From the IMG/VR virus record IMGVR_UViG_3300018933_000004, positions 14,791 to 78,790 of that record: DNA of 64,000 nucleotides; one strand, given 5' to 3'. Made by a program: the position numbers and the translations under genes. Each line of letters starts with the position of its first letter. The first letter of the stretch is position 1. Source of the DNA: a virus. The notes beneath the pieces were generated by a model, which was not told the DNA's origin, ran no database searches, and saw only the letters and a program-made list of their open reading frames with translations. This document shows positions 37,445 through 47,197 of this stretch, in pieces.

Positions 37445-38392
37445 TCAGGCCGCCATCAGGAACTTGGCCAGGTCGTACACCGGCGAGGCGTCCACGTCGT
37501 TGCGGGCCAGGTCGTAGCGGTTCGTCGTCCTGGGGTCGGCATGGCCGAGGAGCCGCTGGACGTTGCGCAGCGGCACCTTGGCGTCCAGCATCAGCGTGGC
37601 GCAGGTGTGCCGCAGGCCATGAGGGCTGATCACTTTGATGTGGGCGCCCCGGCAGGAACGGGCGACGATGACGGAGATGCGCCGGTTGGTCAGCCGGGCG
37701 CCGTCGGCGCACAGGATCAACGCATCGTCCGGCCTGCGGTTCGGCCGCCGGGCGTGGTGGGCGTCGATCGCCCGCGCGGCCTCGGGCGGCACGACCAGCG
37801 TCTGGACCTTCGTCCGTTTGCGGGTGATCTTCAGGGTGCGGTGGCCGCGCGCGCGGCCGTAGTCCTGCACGTTGGCCTTCTCCAGCTCCGACGAGCGCAG
37901 GCCCATCCCCAGCAGCACCTCGACGACGGCGGCGTCGACCGGACCGTACTCCCAGGCCACCGCGCGGAGGGCGCGGGCCTCGGCCTTGTCCAGGCCGAGC
38001 GTCTGGGACTCGTCGGACACCTCAACGCGGTGCTTCTTGCGGTACGGCGAGCGCCGAATCTCGTACGCCTGCTCGTACTCGTCCAGCCCGTACTCGTACC
38101 AGCCGCTCATGGCGCTGAGCGCCTGGTTCACCGAGGAGGGAGCGAGCACCTCCTGCAGGTCGGCCGACCACTGCGCGGAATGCTCCCGGCGGGCCGCCAG
38201 CGGGGAGACGCCGTTGTCGAGGGTCCAGTCGAACCAGTTCTCGATGCACCGCTTGTAGGCGGTGCGGGTGTGGGCGTTGCGGTGCTCCAGCAGCCACTGC
38301 CGCTCGATCTCCCCGCACACCCGGCGGATGTACGCCTCGTGCTCGTCGAGCAGCAGCGCACCCGCCGGGGCGACGACCAGGTCAGTGGTCAT
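37445..38392 (-). CDS. Tyrosine recombinase (XerC/D-like), intact catalytic set
   Basis: GLRSSEL, RKRTK, SPHGLRHTCAT, LLGHADPRTTNRY; start at ATG 38392. Confidence 0.92.
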   Translation of the reverse strand: MTTDLVVAPAGALLLDEHEAYIRRVCGEIERQWLLEHRNAHTRTAYKRCIENWFDWTLDNGVSPLAARREHSAQWSADLQEVLAPSSVNQALSAMSGWYEYGLDEYEQAYEIRRSPYRKKHRVEVSDESQTLGLDKAEARALRAVAWEYGPVDAAVVEVLLGMGLRSSELEKANVQDYGRARGHRTLKITRKRTKVQTLVVPPEAARAIDAHHARRPNRRPDDALILCADGARLTNRRISVIVARSCRGAHIKVISPHGLRHTCATLMLDAKVPLRNVQRLLGHADPRTTNRYDLARNDVDASPVYDLAKFLMAA

Positions 38393-38787
38393 GAGGTGCG
38401 TCCGGGGCGTCGAGAGGGAGGGATGGGGATGTGGTAGTAGGTAATCGCGGTGAGGTCGACGGAGATCTCGATCCGGGGTGGCCACGGATCACCTCGCCGT
38501 GCCCCTCGTTTGGCGGTACTGACCCTCCACCTGTTGCTGTGGAGCCGTACTCCCCAACCCCTCACCGTAAGGATCTCTCGGAGTAGGTCCCGCAACTCGC
38601 GCCGCGCCCGTCTGTCGCTGCACCGGTTGGGCTGGCTCTTGGCGTACGCAGCCACTGCCGCCCGCCGGATGGCCATGTGTGCGACGTCATCCGGCACCAG
38701 GGGAGGAAAGTCCTCCACCGGCTTGCGGTAGTGCCGGAGGTTGCGCTTCTCATCCCAGCCGTACTCCGCCAGGTCCTCGGCGGTCAC
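38389..38787 (-). CDS. Hypothetical protein
   Basis: Overlap-coupled to the recombinase gene. Confidence 0.55.
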   Translation of the reverse strand: MTAEDLAEYGWDEKRNLRHYRKPVEDFPPLVPDDVAHMAIRRAAVAAYAKSQPNRCSDRRARRELRDLLREILTVRGWGVRLHSNRWRVSTAKRGARRGDPWPPRIEISVDLTAITYYHIPIPPSRRPGRTS

Positions 38788-39176
38788 CGCAGCGACTCCA
38801 AGGTGACGACGGCCTCAGCCTCGAACAGGGCCTCCATCGCGGCGGCAGTCCGAGGCGCCTGCTGATGGACCTGGTGGTAGATCCAGTGCTCGGCGTGCAC
38901 CTGGGGGTGGTCGTAGGTGGAGGCCACTTCCTCGTCCAGTCCGTACACCTCGATGGCGCAGGCGTGGTGGGCGAGCTGAGCCAGCTGCTCGGCCGGGAGT
39001 AGCCAGGCGATGGCGTCCAGGCCCTGGTCGACGGCTCGGCCGCACACGTCCCGAGCAGCGGTGAACGCCTCCGGGGACCGAGCGAACTGGCCGCCGTCGT
39101 GCAGCGTCTTCACTACGGCGGCAACGTGCCGGGGCTCGATGGCGACAGTCTCGCCGAAGTCAGCGACGGTGGTCAC
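38784..39176 (-). CDS. Hypothetical protein
   Basis: GTGA overlap with the upstream gene at 39173-39176. Confidence 0.6.
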   Translation of the reverse strand: MTTVADFGETVAIEPRHVAAVVKTLHDGGQFARSPEAFTAARDVCGRAVDQGLDAIAWLLPAEQLAQLAHHACAIEVYGLDEEVASTYDHPQVHAEHWIYHQVHQQAPRTAAAMEALFEAEAVVTLESLR

Positions 39177-39580
39177 AGCTTCCCGTACCTCTCTTCGATC
39201 TCGGCCTTGCAGGGCTTGCAGGTGCTGTGGCCGTACGTCCAGGCCGTCTTGTCGAACTGGTCGAGGTCGAGCCAGCGGAAGCACGAGCCGCATAGCTCCT
39301 GGCCCTTCGTGGGCGGCCCGGAGTGCAGGCGCCAGCCGGTCTTGCGCTCCTTGCCGGTTGCGGTGGTGCCGGTCTCATGCAGGTTGCGGCGCGCGATCCA
39401 GCGGAAGCCGCCCAGGCGCTGGCCGCCGGACGGGTCCCAGACCTTGACCCGGTCGCCGTCCACGCTCCACACGACGAATGGCTTGTGACGCGTCTCGCCC
39501 CAGAGGTAGTCCGTCTTGCACGGCACGTACGTCTGCTCCGGCAGCACCTCGAAGGTGGCGGCCTTCGACTCATCGGTCAT
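39173..39580 (-). CDS. Hypothetical protein with C-terminal zinc ribbon
   Basis: CGSC...F...CKPCKAE, an HNH-associated-like Zn ribbon. Confidence 0.6.
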   Translation of the reverse strand: MTDESKAATFEVLPEQTYVPCKTDYLWGETRHKPFVVWSVDGDRVKVWDPSGGQRLGGFRWIARRNLHETGTTATGKERKTGWRLHSGPPTKGQELCGSCFRWLDLDQFDKTAWTYGHSTCKPCKAEIEERYGKL

Positions 39581-39864
39581 GCGTCCCACGCCTCCTGGAC
39601 GATGCAGCAGTCCTCCGGCGAGAGCGCCAGCGGGATAGCAGGGGTGCCGAGGAGCGGCAGTGCGCTGAGGCCCTCCCAGCCGGGCTCGATAGCAAGAGAG
39701 CCGCGCAACGCCTTGGCGAAGATCACTCTCTTGACGTCGCCGCGATCGAGGAAGGCAGGCCGATTAGGCCAGTCCTCCAGGACCAGGAGGTCAACGCCAG
39801 CCGTGGGACCGTCGGCGTCGAGGACGGTGATCGTGCTGTACGCCCAGTCTTCGGTGGTGGTCAT
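39577..39864 (-). CDS. Hypothetical protein
   Basis: MTTTEDWAYSTITVLD...; ATGA-coupled. Confidence 0.6.
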   Translation of the reverse strand: MTTTEDWAYSTITVLDADGPTAGVDLLVLEDWPNRPAFLDRGDVKRVIFAKALRGSLAIEPGWEGLSALPLLGTPAIPLALSPEDCCIVQEAWDA

Positions 39865-40133
39865 GCCTGCTTGGTCCTCTCGTGCATAAGGGTCACCAGG
39901 TCCACCGCATCCCTGCGGCGCTCGTGCAGCTCGTCGTCGGCCGAGCCGGTGTCGGCGGACCAGCGGGTGACCCGTCTCGGGGTGTAGTGCGGACGTTGCC
40001 GCGAACCGACGTTCCTCTCCCCGGGCATGTCGTACTTGGTCACGGTTCCGATCACCTCGTCGTCCTCCAGGACCTCGTACGTAGCGACGGCCCACTCGGA
40101 GTCTCGCGTCGCGGTCTTCCTGAGTGTGGTCAC
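39861..40133 (-). CDS. Hypothetical protein (paralog of 40130-40393)
   Basis: Shares LRK.AT..E..AVATYE...D..V.GTVTK. Confidence 0.65.
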   Translation of the reverse strand: MTTLRKTATRDSEWAVATYEVLEDDEVIGTVTKYDMPGERNVGSRQRPHYTPRRVTRWSADTGSADDELHERRRDAVDLVTLMHERTKQA

Positions 40134-40393
40134 GAGGAGACCCCCGCTGCGCTCTCCAGGCTCTTTACGGCGTCCTTGCGGGTGTCGTGGCTGATGCCCT
40201 TCTCCCTGCTGTTCCCCCAGGAGACGTTCCGGAGAACGCCGTCCCTGCCTCCCGTCATCGTGTGGGATGGCTCCGCGAACTTGGTGACGGTTCCGAGGAC
40301 CTTGCCGTCACGGACAGCTTCGTAGGTGGCGACGGCGCCGTACTCGGGGCTAGTGGCGATCTTGCGCAGTCGGGTCTTGCTGTCGGCGGGCAT
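40130..40393 (-). CDS. Hypothetical protein (paralog of 39861-40133)
   Basis: AGGAG RBS before ATG 40393; shared motif. Confidence 0.65.
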   Translation of the reverse strand: MPADSKTRLRKIATSPEYGAVATYEAVRDGKVLGTVTKFAEPSHTMTGGRDGVLRNVSWGNSREKGISHDTRKDAVKSLESAAGVSS

Positions 40394-40486
40394 CAGGGGC
40401 TCCTGCTCATGGCGGTGGCAGTCAACGGACGACATTTTTACATACCCCTCGGGGGTTGCGGTCGATAATGCCAGTTATCGACCGGC

Positions 40487-40807
40487 CTACAGGCTCAGGA
40501 AGCCGTGCTTGCGCAGGAGCGCCGCCACGGCGTCGGGCTCCATGCCGAGGTCGGTGGCGAGTCCTTCCGGGGACCTGGCGGGACGCCCTCGTGAGTACGT
40601 GCCGTCGCCCTGCCGCGATTCCAGCCAGCCGTCGCGCTTGAGGAGTTCCAGGGCTCGCACAACTGTCGGCCGGGACATGCCGTACTCCTGCGCCAGCCAT
40701 GTCTCGCTGGGGATGCGGGTGCCCGGCGGGTACGTGCCCGCCTTGATGTCCTGCTGGAGACGCTGTGCCAGCGCCAGGTACTTCGGTGGGGTCATCTCGT
40801 AGGCCAT
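40487..40807 (-). CDS. GntR-family HTH regulator (no effector domain)
   Basis: PKYLALAQRLQQDIKAGTYPPGTRIPSE..LAQEYGMSRPTVVRALELLKRDGWLESRQGDGTY. Confidence 0.9.
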   Translation of the reverse strand: MAYEMTPPKYLALAQRLQQDIKAGTYPPGTRIPSETWLAQEYGMSRPTVVRALELLKRDGWLESRQGDGTYSRGRPARSPEGLATDLGMEPDAVAALLRKHGFLSL

Positions 40808-40832
40808 GCGCGCACCCTTGGTCATCAAGTCA

Positions 40833-40846
40833 ACTGGTCAACCAGT
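40833..40846. promoter_or_regulatory. Putative GntR operator palindrome
   Basis: ACTGGT-CA-ACCAGT just upstream of the gntR-like gene. Confidence 0.5.
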
Positions 40847-41531
40847 CTTTCGGTAACGGAGGTTACCGCAACTATCGAGGTCCGGCAGGCGAACGAAACG
40901 GCCCCCTCCGCTGGCTTGGGAGGGGGCCGCTGCTCGCGCCCGCCGTGGGGAATTGCTGCGCCCGGCGTACCGGCGGGTTCCCAGCGTCGGTGTCCGGCGA
41001 GCCTGCGGGCCGACGTGGAACCTTCCCCACGGTGGTGCCGTCGCGAGAGGGGCGTGGTCCTGTCCGCCAGGGCATGGAGTCTGTTCCCTCGCGACGGCGC
41101 CACCACAGTACCGGCTCAAGGGCGGCGGCACAGCTTCTCCACGACGCCTTCACGCCAGGTACCGCAACCACGTTCGAGCACCCGTCGTTGACGTTGTCGG
41201 CGGCATAGTCATGGCCGTTCCACGCCTCGAACGAAGGTTCGATAACGTGGGGCGCAGGAGGAGGGAGGTGGCCCGAGCCGTCCGAGCGCAGGATCGCTCT
41301 CACAGAACTGTGTCGACATCAAGAGGTTGAGAAGTTGAGGGTCGCTCAACATGCACTCAACCTGCTCAAACGTTGCACCCGCCCCCTGCTTGGGATAGGT
41401 TCCGGATGCCTTGACATTCAACTATCTGCCTCGATGTGTCGTGAGATCGCCCGGCACCCGCCACCGGGCGAATAACACCATCGAGAGAAGTAGGCGATAC
41501 CTCCCGCACATTTCGAGAGAAAAGGCAGGCA

Positions 41532-42008
41532 ATGAGTGGGGAGTCCATTGCCGAAAATGGTTCAGAATCCCGCCCTGAATCATTTCGGCACGAGTATAGA
41601 AAAACCCCGAAGCGTGCATTCCTGATGGGAGCCTGCGGCCTTGTGCTGGGACTCTTCGCCGGGTATTCGATCGGGGCCGAGTCCATTCCCCCGGCCGCGC
41701 TGCCGATACCCGGCAGCGCCCGCACTCTTCAGCAGCCCACCGAGGATCTGATCCCCGGTGACGGTACCTTCCTCGTCGGCACCGAGGAGGAACCGGCCGA
41801 CGTCCAGCCGGGCCTGTACCGGTCCTCGGGCAACGTCACCCCGTGCACCTGGCGCCGAGCCAAGGATGCCACCGGGGAGAGCGACTCCATCATCGCCCGT
41901 GACACCTCGCTCGGAGATGCCTACGTCCAGCTCCAGGGCGGGGAGTTCTTCGACAGCACCGACTGCACCACCTGGCGTCGTGTGCCGTCCTTCGCCGAGC
42001 ACGGCTGA
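41532..42008 (+). CDS. Secreted/membrane-anchored protein
   Basis: TM helix then IPGDGTFLVG...PGLYRS..CTW.R...CTTW, an actinobacterial surface-protein pattern. Confidence 0.75.
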   Translation: MSGESIAENGSESRPESFRHEYRKTPKRAFLMGACGLVLGLFAGYSIGAESIPPAALPIPGSARTLQQPTEDLIPGDGTFLVGTEEEPADVQPGLYRSSGNVTPCTWRRAKDATGESDSIIARDTSLGDAYVQLQGGEFFDSTDCTTWRRVPSFAEHG

Positions 42009-42046
42009 GGGGTGTTGAGGAACGGCCCCGCCTGCCTGATGCTGGA

Positions 42047-42090
42047 ACAGACGACGCCCCGGGCAACTCATCTGCCCGGGGCGTCGCTGT
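42047..42090. terminator. Terminator hairpin between convergent genes
   Basis: GACGCCCCGGGCA / TGCCCGGGGCGTC. Confidence 0.7.
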
Positions 42091-42113
42091 ATGCGCGGCC
42101 GTTCCGCCCTACG

Positions 42114-42317
42114 TCAGCCGGTCACGCCGCCGACGAACGCCGACCACGCGGCCGGGGAGACGGTGACGATGGGGCTCTTGGCGACGTCCTTGCTGTCGCG
42201 GATGTCGACCGCCGTGACGGCGCCGCCCGCCAGCTCCTTGCGCGTCTCGATGCAGGCCTCGCCGGACCCGCCGCTGTAGGAGGACTTCATCCACGGAGTG
42301 GTGCGCTTCTCGGTCAT
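42114..42317 (-). CDS. DUF397 protein
   Basis: WMKSSYSGGSGEACIE...VDIRDSKD...AWSAFV. Confidence 0.92.
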   Translation of the reverse strand: MTEKRTTPWMKSSYSGGSGEACIETRKELAGGAVTAVDIRDSKDVAKSPIVTVSPAAWSAFVGGVTG

Positions 42318-42341
42318 GCTGTACCTCTTCCAATCTCGTTG

Positions 42342-43214
42342 TCAGCCCACAAGTTGCTTGCGGGCCTCGTGCAAGTATCGACGACTGTCGGCCGGTGACA
42401 ACGCCTGGCCCTGGAGAGATTCGTATCTGACTCGATATGAACGGACTCGTTCCTCATCGTCGATGAACAAGCCATCTCCGTACCCTTCGCGGAACACCAT
42501 GTCAACGTTGACGTCGAATGTCAGGATGCTGAACGACCCCGACAGTCCTGAGTGCAGACCGGTATTCATGGGGAGCACCTGGATCTGGACCTGGGTCTCC
42601 CCCAGGTTGAGCAGGTGCTGGATCTGGTCTGCGTGAGCCCTCTTGTCGCCCGGCCGGGGCGGCGTCATCACCGCAGCCTCACCGAGGACGGCCCAGATGC
42701 GCGGAGGCAGCGGATTCTCGCGCCGCAGGAGGTCCTTTCGGGCCTCGCGCAGCTTGAGCAGGTCCGCCTGACGGCTGCTGTCGACGGGGTGCACCGTCGC
42801 ATCCGTGCTGATGACGGCCTGGGAGTACTCCTTCGTCTGGAAGAGGCCGTATATGACGTCCGGCTCGAAGACGCGCATGCCCTCGCACAGCCACTCCGCG
42901 CTGGCGTAGTCACTGAACGTCGGGCCGGGCGTGTTGTCGAACGTCGTCCAGGGGCCTTTCTGCTTGGCCAGCTTGGCCCACTTCAGCCACCTGTCGATCT
43001 CTTCCGGGTCGGTGACCCCGTACAGCTCGGCGTACCGGGGCACCAGATCGGCGCTGACGGCGGCGATCCCTGCCTCGTGCCGGTAGATGGCGGGCACGGA
43101 CAGCCCCAGCGCTTCCTTGACGGCCTCGACCTTCACCCCGGCGGCCAGGCGGGCGCGCTTGAGCATGTTGCCGAGGATCAGTCGCCTGATCGTCGGCCGT
43201 GCGTTGTATGCCAC
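42342..43214 (-). CDS. XRE-HTH + DUF5753 regulator (WhiJ/Scr1-like)
   Basis: RRLILGNMLKRAR HTH; GLFQTKEYS; WAVLGEAA; QIQVLP; GSFSIL. Confidence 0.9.
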   Translation of the reverse strand: MAYNARPTIRRLILGNMLKRARLAAGVKVEAVKEALGLSVPAIYRHEAGIAAVSADLVPRYAELYGVTDPEEIDRWLKWAKLAKQKGPWTTFDNTPGPTFSDYASAEWLCEGMRVFEPDVIYGLFQTKEYSQAVISTDATVHPVDSSRQADLLKLREARKDLLRRENPLPPRIWAVLGEAAVMTPPRPGDKRAHADQIQHLLNLGETQVQIQVLPMNTGLHSGLSGSFSILTFDVNVDMVFREGYGDGLFIDDEERVRSYRVRYESLQGQALSPADSRRYLHEARKQLVG

Positions 43215-43416
43215 TCATCCTCCCCTGTCGTGGCGCGCTGGGCACAGTCTGCACCCCGGGAGCGGGAGATGACCAACGCCCGTACTGAGGATTATCACCC
43301 GGAAGGGCTTGCGTAGATGAGAATTCTCCGCAACGGTGGGTAACAGCCTGCTTGCGCCAGGTACCGCAGAGGCGTGAGCCGGTCTCATCCGCCAACCCTG
43401 TCTTGGGAGTTACCTC

Positions 43417-43968
43417 ATGCACTCCCCGCCTCACCAGGGGCCGCCACCCCTGGGCAATCTGCGCCACATGCGCTACCGCGAGTTCTATCCGCTGCGGGAC
43501 CAGAGCGTTCCGCAGGCCCGGCATGAGTTCCGCGCCGCCGCCTTCCGCAGCGACCTGGACGGCGGCGTCGCCGAAGCAGCCGAGATCTGCTTGTCGGAGC
43601 TGGCCAGCAACGCCGTACAGCACGCCGACGACCCCCGGCCTCGCCGCTGGTTCCATGTCAGCTGCAACGTCCTGGGCGTGTACCGCCGGTACCTGCTGAT
43701 CGGCGTGCACGACGTCGACAGCGGGCACATCCCCCGGATGCCCCGCGTCCCGGTTGACCCCCTCGACGCCTTCGATGACGAGTCCGAGTCCGGGCGCGGG
43801 CTGTTGCTCGTCGCCGGACTGGCCACCGCCGTCCGCATCGAACACGGCCCCGGCGTCAACGGCAAGACGATCTGGTGCCGGTTCGACCTCCCCGTCGGTC
43901 CTCCCACGCTCGGCAACCGGCTTGTGCCCCTCTCCCGCCAGGCCAAGCCCTCCTCCCCCGTCGTCTGA
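43417..43968 (+). CDS. HATPase_c-family ATP-binding (anti-sigma-like) protein
   Basis: SVPQARH, LSELASNAVQHA, ESGRGLLLV, GKTIWC. Confidence 0.88.
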   Translation: MHSPPHQGPPPLGNLRHMRYREFYPLRDQSVPQARHEFRAAAFRSDLDGGVAEAAEICLSELASNAVQHADDPRPRRWFHVSCNVLGVYRRYLLIGVHDVDSGHIPRMPRVPVDPLDAFDDESESGRGLLLVAGLATAVRIEHGPGVNGKTIWCRFDLPVGPPTLGNRLVPLSRQAKPSSPVV

Positions 43969-43990
43969 CGGAAACCCCGCACCCCCACCC

Positions 43991-44019
43991 TTGTAACGCA
44001 TCTCGATATGCGTTACGGT
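43991..44019 (+). promoter_or_regulatory. Conserved promoter/palindrome, copy 2
   Basis: TTGTAA-17-TACGGT; GTAACGCAT-CTCGAT-ATGCGTTAC. Confidence 0.8.
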
Positions 44020-44141
44020 GGGGGTGCTGTTCGTCGGAGTTGTTTACATCTCGCGCCGCCGACCGCCATTGGCAGGCGCGTAGCGTAAACGGCCCGTCAG
44101 TAAGGATTCCCGCCAGTCCTTCACCGTCAGGAGCGTCCTTT

Positions 44142-44963
44142 ATGGACCCCGTTTCCCTTGATCAGCTTTTCCATGAGCTGCGTTCCGTGGAGGCGGAAAC
44201 CGCCACCGTCTCCGCCGCCGATCTGACGCCCGGTTATGTCATCGCCTCCGGCGTGATGGACCGTCACGTCATCGCCGGAAAGCCGACGTCGGATTCCGTC
44301 TCCCGCACTCTCTCTTTCCCGGCCCGCCACCTCCACGGCGGCCACACCGTCCCGTACGTCGTCGGCGAGCGCGCCCAGGTGCGCGTCTACGCCGCCCGCG
44401 TCGGCGCGTCGACCGTCCGCGAGGTACCCGAGGTCCCGGTGTGCGTCATCCCCGACGCTCCGGCCGTCGGGGACCGCGTCGTCCTCCAGCCCTACGTCGC
44501 CCACGCCCTCGGCGTCGCCGACGTCCGGGAGTTCACCGGCCAGCACTGGGAGACCCTTCGGCCCAGCGGCGCCGACCCCATGTCCGTGACCGTCATGCGC
44601 GACATGGTGCGACCGTCCTCCGTCGGCACCCTCACCGGCTGGTACGTCTACCTGCCCGCCGGTCAGCGCCCGTACCTGTACGCCGACGGCCGCCCGGTGC
44701 CCGCGCGGGGCATCGACGGGCTGACCGAGGGCGATGTCATGCTCGTCCCCGGCGGAGGCCGCCTTCAGGTCGAGGGCATCACCCGGCACGCCGACGGCTT
44801 CAGCCTGCGCCTGCGCGTACTGGTGCCGTCCCGGCACGAGATGCGCCACCTGACCTGGGCCAGCGAGGCCGGTGACCTCGTCGAACACCACGACTCGGGC
44901 CTGCGGGGCTACCTGTACCCCACCGAGATGCGAGCCGCCGAGCTGACCGCAAAGGCCGCCTGA
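44142..44963 (+). CDS. Hypothetical protein
   Basis: AGGAG RBS before ATG 44142. Confidence 0.7.
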   Translation: MDPVSLDQLFHELRSVEAETATVSAADLTPGYVIASGVMDRHVIAGKPTSDSVSRTLSFPARHLHGGHTVPYVVGERAQVRVYAARVGASTVREVPEVPVCVIPDAPAVGDRVVLQPYVAHALGVADVREFTGQHWETLRPSGADPMSVTVMRDMVRPSSVGTLTGWYVYLPAGQRPYLYADGRPVPARGIDGLTEGDVMLVPGGGRLQVEGITRHADGFSLRLRVLVPSRHEMRHLTWASEAGDLVEHHDSGLRGYLYPTEMRAAELTAKAA

Positions 44964-44994
44964 CCTGCGCCTTTAAACAGACTGACCCAACGGC

Positions 44995-45025
44995 TTGACG
45001 AACGCATCTCAAGATGCGCTAGGGT
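44995..45025 (+). promoter_or_regulatory. Conserved promoter/palindrome, copy 3
   Basis: TTGACG-19-TAGGGT; AACGCATCTCAAGATGCGCT. Confidence 0.75.
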
Positions 45026-45062
45026 GGGGCCCGTTGAAGTCATTCCCGCCAAGGAGAACGCC

Positions 45063-45881
45063 ATGACCACCACCGAAACCATCGACCCGCGCACCCTCAC
45101 CGACCGACTCGGCCGCGAGATCTTCGAGTCCCTCTTCCCGCACGGCGGCCCGGAGATGGGCGCGCACCGCGCCGACCGCCAGGTGCCCGAGGAAGTCCGC
45201 CTGCCGAAGGTCGAGGGACCGCAGGGCGTCAAGGTCGACGACATCGTCCTCGTGGTCGACAACGAGTCCTGGACCAGCACCCTGGACCGCTTCAGCGCCC
45301 GCGAGGCCCTCAAGCACCACGGAACCTGGATCGGCCGGGTCCGCAAGGTCAGCCCCAAGTCGATCGTCGTCGACCACGTCCGCGAGCCGCGCCGCCACAG
45401 CTTCAGCGCCGACCTCGACGACTTCGGCTCGCCTGCCCACAAGGACAACGGCGAGCGCCTGATGTTCAGCCACGCCACTCGGGAGATCGGCCGCATCGGC
45501 ACGCTGGCCGAGCTGCGCGAGAAGATCGCCGCCCACCCGAAGCTGGACGAGTGGCGCACCGCGCGCGCCGCCGCCATCGACGTCGCCCAGGCGGAGAACG
45601 CCAAGGCCAAGGCCAACCGCGAGGCCAAGGAGGCCCGCCTGACGACGGTGAAGGCGGCCATCGCCGGACTCAACGAGATCGCGGGCGAGCCCCTGGTCGA
45701 GCCGCTGACCTTCAGCGACACCGTCGTCGGGGTGACCCGATGGCTGCATGAGGGCGACTTCCGTCGGCTGCGCGTCTACCTCACCGGACTCCACGCCCTC
45801 GGTCAGCTCACCGGCGCCCAGCACGAGCAGGCCCTGAAGCACCTGGACACGATCATCGCGTACGCCAAGGGGGAGAAGTGA
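45063..45881 (+). CDS. Hypothetical protein
   Basis: AAGGAG RBS before ATG 45063. Confidence 0.75.
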   Translation: MTTTETIDPRTLTDRLGREIFESLFPHGGPEMGAHRADRQVPEEVRLPKVEGPQGVKVDDIVLVVDNESWTSTLDRFSAREALKHHGTWIGRVRKVSPKSIVVDHVREPRRHSFSADLDDFGSPAHKDNGERLMFSHATREIGRIGTLAELREKIAAHPKLDEWRTARAAAIDVAQAENAKAKANREAKEARLTTVKAAIAGLNEIAGEPLVEPLTFSDTVVGVTRWLHEGDFRRLRVYLTGLHALGQLTGAQHEQALKHLDTIIAYAKGEK

Positions 45882-46381
45882 GCGCCCCGCGCGCCTGCCA
45901 CTCCTGCGGCCACGACTCGGCGTTCGTCCGGCGGGTGCGCTGCGGTCGCTGCGGCGACCAGGTACACCCGACGTGCCGGGACATCACCGGAACCTGCTAC
46001 CAGTGCCGTTACCGGCAGGCCCATGCGAACGGCATCGTCGGCGACATGCTGCCGCCGGGCCAGGCCGGGGAGGAACCGTTCAAGGGCAACCAGCCCACCA
46101 CCGTTGCCGAGGGGCAGCCGCTGCCGAAGCTGGCCACCTACCAGAACCCGTTCGGCGCCAGCGCCAACGCCCTGCGTATCGCCACTGCCGCTCTCTACGC
46201 CGGGTGGCACGTCGAGGGCTGGGAGAGCGGCAGCGACCGCGTCATGCTGCGGAAGAAGGGCCGGGGCTACCTCCGTCTCACCTTCACCTGCACCGGCCGC
46301 CTCATCCGCGCCGACACCCAGCGGCTGTACCTCACCCCCAACACCAACCGCGTCCTTGAGTACCTGGAGGCGCCAAAGTGA
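45878..46381 (+). CDS. Hypothetical zinc-finger protein
   Basis: CHSC, CGRC, H.TC, CYQC; GTGA-coupled. Confidence 0.65.
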   Translation: MSAPRACHSCGHDSAFVRRVRCGRCGDQVHPTCRDITGTCYQCRYRQAHANGIVGDMLPPGQAGEEPFKGNQPTTVAEGQPLPKLATYQNPFGASANALRIATAALYAGWHVEGWESGSDRVMLRKKGRGYLRLTFTCTGRLIRADTQRLYLTPNTNRVLEYLEAPK

Positions 46382-46665
46382 CCATGCCGCGTAAGAACCC
46401 GCCCGCGCCGGGCAAGTACTGCGACGCCACGAGGACCCGATATCCGGCCCCGTGCAATGACCCCGCCGTGTGGATCGTCTTCTATGCCCACAAGCGCACC
46501 GGCGAGAAGAAGCAGAAGAACGCGTGTGGTGGCCACCTGAACAAGTTGCTGGCCGACCTCGTGCCGGAGGCCGAGTACTCGCGCGAGATGTTCCGCGTTA
46601 TCCCGTGGGCCACTGCCCTTGCGGAGTACGACAAACGGACGACCACCACGGCAACCACCGCATGA
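46378..46665 (+). CDS. Hypothetical protein
   Basis: C...C...CGGH; overlap-coupled. Confidence 0.6.
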   Translation: MTMPRKNPPAPGKYCDATRTRYPAPCNDPAVWIVFYAHKRTGEKKQKNACGGHLNKLLADLVPEAEYSREMFRVIPWATALAEYDKRTTTTATTA

Positions 46666-46949
46666 CCACTGAGCAGCAGGAGAGCAGGAACATGAGTGGA
46701 TTCCCCAGCGGCAAGCCTGCCGAGCGCTTCACGGGCGCGGGCGCCTATGGGCGTCCCGGGCAGTACGGGAGGGCGCTGCCCGATGACAGCGACATCACGA
46801 GCGCGTCCGTTGCGGACCTGGTCGTGACGTTCTGCTCGGTCATGGAGAGCATGCATCGGACGAACAACACGTCGTCGCTGGCGGACCTCGGCCGGTATGC
46901 CGGTCGGCTCTGGTGGGAGATGACCGGCCGAGGCGTCGAGTTCAAGTGA
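46662..46949 (+). CDS. Hypothetical protein
   Basis: ATGA-coupled at 46662. Confidence 0.5.
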   Translation: MTTEQQESRNMSGFPSGKPAERFTGAGAYGRPGQYGRALPDDSDITSASVADLVVTFCSVMESMHRTNNTSSLADLGRYAGRLWWEMTGRGVEFK

Positions 46950-47197
46950 CCGGCGAGACCTGCGGCGCCGAGCACCCGGAGAAGCCCGGCACGCTGTGCA
47001 CCCGCGAGCCGCACCACAACCAGGGCTTCCACGCCGAGCGCCACACCCGCACCATCTGGCCCGCCGACCCGCTGCCCGCTGTGCAGGGCAGCGGCCGGGC
47101 TGCCCTCGCCGCCATCGCGGCCCGCACCACCCGACACCACCACACCGGCCCCGCCAGCGAGGCCGTCACCACCTGGAGAGACCGCCATGGGGACTGA
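46946..47197 (+). CDS. Small Cys/His protein
   Basis: GTGA-coupled; CGAEH...CTREPHH..GFH. Confidence 0.5.
   Translation: MTGETCGAEHPEKPGTLCTREPHHNQGFHAERHTRTIWPADPLPAVQGSGRAALAAIAARTTRHHHTGPASEAVTTWRDRHGD

Noticed and set aside
41250-41620. AT-richer stretch as a replication origin
   Set aside because: No iterons or DnaA boxes recognised; it could simply be promoter DNA and the low-GC start of the 41532 gene
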